NCBI GenBank assembly: GCA_965224085.1
Contig: CBDCYI010000009.1
Location: 224,001 to 288,000 of the forward strand
Length of the DNA: 64,000 nt
Direction of reading: 5' to 3'
Source: Candidatus Marinacidobacterales bacterium
Lineage (GTDB): Bacteria > Acidobacteriota > Vicinamibacteria > Marinacidobacterales > SMYC01
The translations under genes and the position numbers were made by a program. Positions 61,075-64,000 of the stretch are shown here, in pieces (position 1 is the stretch's first letter; every line of letters begins with the position of its first letter). The notes beneath the pieces are model-generated. The model ran no database searches, was not told the origin of the DNA, and worked only from the letters and a program-made list of their open reading frames with translations.

Positions 61075-61684
61075 TTGGTCGAAATCAATCACAGAGAACG
61101 CTTCTTACGCGCCAAGATCTTGTATTACGGTCCGGCCGCGGGGGGCAAGACGACCACGCTCCAGACGCTCCACCGCCTCGCCCGGGGCAACTGCCGTCAA
61201 GAGCTCGTCTCGGTGAACACGGCTCAGGACCGAACGATCTTTCCCCACGCCAATCGTCGAGCTTCTCTCGCGCCTCGAGCAAGAGCTCGGGCCCGGCCTG
61301 ACGGAACAGGGAATTCGCTTCATCGTCGAGATCAAGCCTGGCGTGCATCCCGTTTTTGCGGAGCCCTTTCTTCTGCGCGGGCTCGTCTATACGCTCATCG
61401 AGAACTCCCGGCGACGTCTCGCGGGCGCGGGCGGGGGCGTCATTCGCATCCTCGTCCAACCCGACACCCACGGCATCCGGATCTCGATCTTCGACAACCT
61501 CATCGCCGTCTCGAACGCGCTCTCCGCACCGGCACGATTCCTCGACTGGCCGCTCGAGCGACGCTTGACCGACGTGACCCACGAGCTCATGCAGAGCGTC
61601 GTGGAGTATTTTCAGGGCCGCTGGTCACAGGAAACGCGCGAGGCGGTGGGCACGGTACGAACGATCATTCTCCCGACGCCTTAG
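61075..61684 (+). pseudogene. MglA-like GTPase N-terminus joined out of frame to a HATPase-like C-terminus
   Basis: KILYYGPAAGGKTT..DRTIF, then a second frame with LVYTLIENS...IRISIFDN. Confidence 0.65.
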
Positions 61685-63006
61685 ACGCTCGCCTCGTTTT
61701 CGTTCCAAGGCGCGACTTTAGGCAGCAGAAGCAGGCCCGGTATGGCGGTGACGGCGCAAAACACGAAGAAGAGCGACCATCCCAAGCCTGCGAAACCGAG
61801 ACTTGGGACGCCATCGACCATGACACCTGTGATGACGCCCGTCAATAGTCTCGGAAGCGCCATAAGGCTCGTAAACAACGCAAGCTGCGTGGCGGTGAAG
61901 CGAAGGTTTGTTTCTCTCGCCTGGAAGGCCACCAAAGCCGAGGTCCCGAGCCCAACACCCAGATATTCGAAAGTCACCGCACCGACCAGAACCCAAATAT
62001 TGTCCCCTTGCGTCGCGAGAAAAGCGAGCCCCAGAATCGAAAGCAACTGAACCACTCCGAACATCCAGATCGACTTGTTGATGCCGATGCGAAACATGAT
62101 GAATCCGCCGGCAAAGATCCCCACGCCCGCCGAGGTGAGCGAGACTCCCTTGGACACCAGCCCGATCTCCCACGGACCGAAACCCATGTCAACATAGAAA
62201 GGCGTGATGAGCGCGGTCGCGAGCGCGTCTCCAAATTTGTAGAGCAGCATGAACGCGAGCACATAGAGCGCCTTGTGAAGCCCACCACGGCGTTCAAACA
62301 AAAACTCCTTGAAGGGCAAGATAACGGCGTCGCGGAGGGTTTTGGGAGGCGAGCCGTGGATCTTGGGCTCTTTCACTGTGAGCGTCAATAGCAAGCCGGG
62401 TAACATGCAAAGAGCCGCGACGATATGCACCAAGCGCCAATCGATGTAGGCAGACAAGATGACCGGAAGGCTGAAAGAGGCCAAGCTAGCGTAGCGCCAA
62501 GCGTTGACGTGGAACGCGCTTCCGAGACCTAGCTCGTTATCGGGTAGGATCTCACGGCGATAGGCATCGATGGCAATGTCCTGAAGAGCGGCCCCGCAGA
62601 CCACGAAAAAATACAAATACGCAATGCCCAAAATCTCTTGTTTGGGATTGAAGAATCCCATCCCCGCAATCAGAAGCATGAGGGTGATTTGTGATCCGAG
62701 CATCCATGTCCGGCGTCTTCCGAAACTCGCAACGGCGTATCGATCCAGCAAGGGAGCCACCAGGAACTTCCAGGTGAACGGCAATTGGAGAACGGCGAGC
62801 GAGCCGATGCTGATCAAACTCACGTCGTTCGTACGCAGCCAATAAGGGATGAGCGAATACACGTACCAGTAGGGCGCACCCGAGGAGAACCCGATGAATA
62901 CGCATATGAGCATGCGTGGATTCCATACGGCCTTAAAGAGCGGGACCTTTGGCTCCTCGCCACCCCCGGTTCCGACATCTCGTGTTTCTGCAGTCGACCC
63001 GGTCAA
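61681..63006 (-). CDS. ampG: AmpG-family MFS muropeptide permease
   Basis: GFSSG.P, PFTWKFL.APLLDR, GRRRTW, QDIAIDAYRRE, YKFGD, TATQLALFTS. Confidence 0.88.
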   Translation of the reverse strand: MTGSTAETRDVGTGGGEEPKVPLFKAVWNPRMLICVFIGFSSGAPYWYVYSLIPYWLRTNDVSLISIGSLAVLQLPFTWKFLVAPLLDRYAVASFGRRRTWMLGSQITLMLLIAGMGFFNPKQEILGIAYLYFFVVCGAALQDIAIDAYRREILPDNELGLGSAFHVNAWRYASLASFSLPVILSAYIDWRLVHIVAALCMLPGLLLTLTVKEPKIHGSPPKTLRDAVILPFKEFLFERRGGLHKALYVLAFMLLYKFGDALATALITPFYVDMGFGPWEIGLVSKGVSLTSAGVGIFAGGFIMFRIGINKSIWMFGVVQLLSILGLAFLATQGDNIWVLVGAVTFEYLGVGLGTSALVAFQARETNLRFTATQLALFTSLMALPRLLTGVITGVMVDGVPSLGFAGLGWSLFFVFCAVTAIPGLLLLPKVAPWNENEASV

Positions 63007-63007
63007 G

Positions 63008-64000
63008 CTAGCTCCTTCGGAGATAGAACGTCTCGAGACCTTCGAGCTCCTCCTGCTTGCGCGCCGCGCTCCAACCGAGTTCCGACTGTATGACGTCTGC
63101 GCACGCTTCGAGGACGGCGCGGCCCGGATGCCCCGCGGTACCGAGCTCGGTCCGTCGCAACACCACCGACGCGAGGTCGGACGCCATTTCTTCGCGTACC
63201 GCGTGACGCACTTCCGCGGCGAGGACGGGGCTCTCGGGGACGATGCGCTCGCGGTCCCCTTTCAAAATCTCGCTATAGGTGGAACCGTACGTGTATACGA
63301 GGTGTCTCATAACATCCGGCGGCGCATCGCCCCGTGCACTCGCAACGAAATCGTCGAAGCTTTCAATGTCACCACCGACTAGCGCCCTCTCTGATGACCG
63401 CGACGCGCTTGGAGCTTTTTGCAAAAGATCGAGCGCCCGGTCGACGGCCTTCTCAGCCACGTCGCGCGCCGTCGTGTATTTGACGCCCACGATCGTGAGA
63501 AGCCCTTCCACGCCATCGTCACGATGGTCGTCTAGACGATAGGTCTTCTGCAGCGTGACCACCGCACCGTTCGCCGATGCGGGTACCCGTGGCAACAGCC
63601 CGCGATGGATCAAGCGGACATCGCTACGCTCGAGCTTCGCGGCGGGATAGGCGGCGTTCACGTCGTCCATGAGATCCTGGACGTCCTCTTCCGTAGCTTC
63701 GAGTTCATCGGGGAGGCCGTCGAAGAGAGCGTGGCTCGTGCCCACGAGCGTCACGTCGCGCCACGGGACCAGGCAGAGAAAGCGGCCGCCTGCGCTCACG
63801 ACGGCGTCGGCGTCGCGATGCACGCGGCGGCTCGTGACGCCAATCGCCACATCGTTGACGATCGGGCGCGTGACGAGGTTCATGGCTTTCGAGAGATGGA
63901 AGAGCTTTCGGGGCGTGGGGCTCAATCCATCCACCCAAGGACCGGCGGCGTTCACGACGAGACGACCTCTAAGCTCGAGGCCGTCTTCGCCTGTGAGCAC
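63008..64000 (-). CDS. FAD-dependent glycerol-3-phosphate dehydrogenase/oxidase family, 5' part outside the window
   Basis: VVNAAGPW, GVKYTTAR, HLVYTYGS, AVREEMA..L..V.LRRT. Confidence 0.88.
   Translation of the reverse strand: MLTGEDGLELRGRLVVNAAGPWVDGLSPTPRKLFHLSKAMNLVTRPIVNDVAIGVTSRRVHRDADAVVSAGGRFLCLVPWRDVTLVGTSHALFDGLPDELEATEEDVQDLMDDVNAAYPAAKLERSDVRLIHRGLLPRVPASANGAVVTLQKTYRLDDHRDDGVEGLLTIVGVKYTTARDVAEKAVDRALDLLQKAPSASRSSERALVGGDIESFDDFVASARGDAPPDVMRHLVYTYGSTYSEILKGDRERIVPESPVLAAEVRHAVREEMASDLASVVLRRTELGTAGHPGRAVLEACADVIQSELGWSAARKQEELEGLETFYLRRS

Overview
GC-rich bacterial chromosomal window. Gene style (Hanks kinases, tandem amidohydrolases, TonB receptor, large polytopic membrane proteins) suggests Acidobacteriota; this is inference. 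Core regions carry metG, a cyclophilin, an HtrA protease, F420 genes cofE-npdG, lexA, an addB-addA-type helicase/nuclease pair, ampG and transporters. About 23.4-36.4 kb is a mobile-element graveyard (ISL3, ISAzo13, IS91-family pieces, a truncated large serine recombinase, gene scraps) around one intact sulfatase. Signals the ORF track misses: (1) a probable selenocysteine peroxiredoxin with in-frame UGA at the peroxidatic position and a SECIS-like hairpin (57304-57747); (2) an SOS operon of lexA, a DUF3467-like gene and a compact 'fingerless' Y-family polymerase homolog with a QLSLF clamp motif and a candidate variant LexA box; (3) a rod-like minus-strand ncRNA candidate (5542-5664); (4) three IS91 oriIS-like ends bracketing a gene fragment; (5) a CTG-initiated gene; (6) many internal deletions across the window. 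No rRNA, tRNA or CRISPR array was seen. All family calls come from motif recognition by eye, with no database searches.
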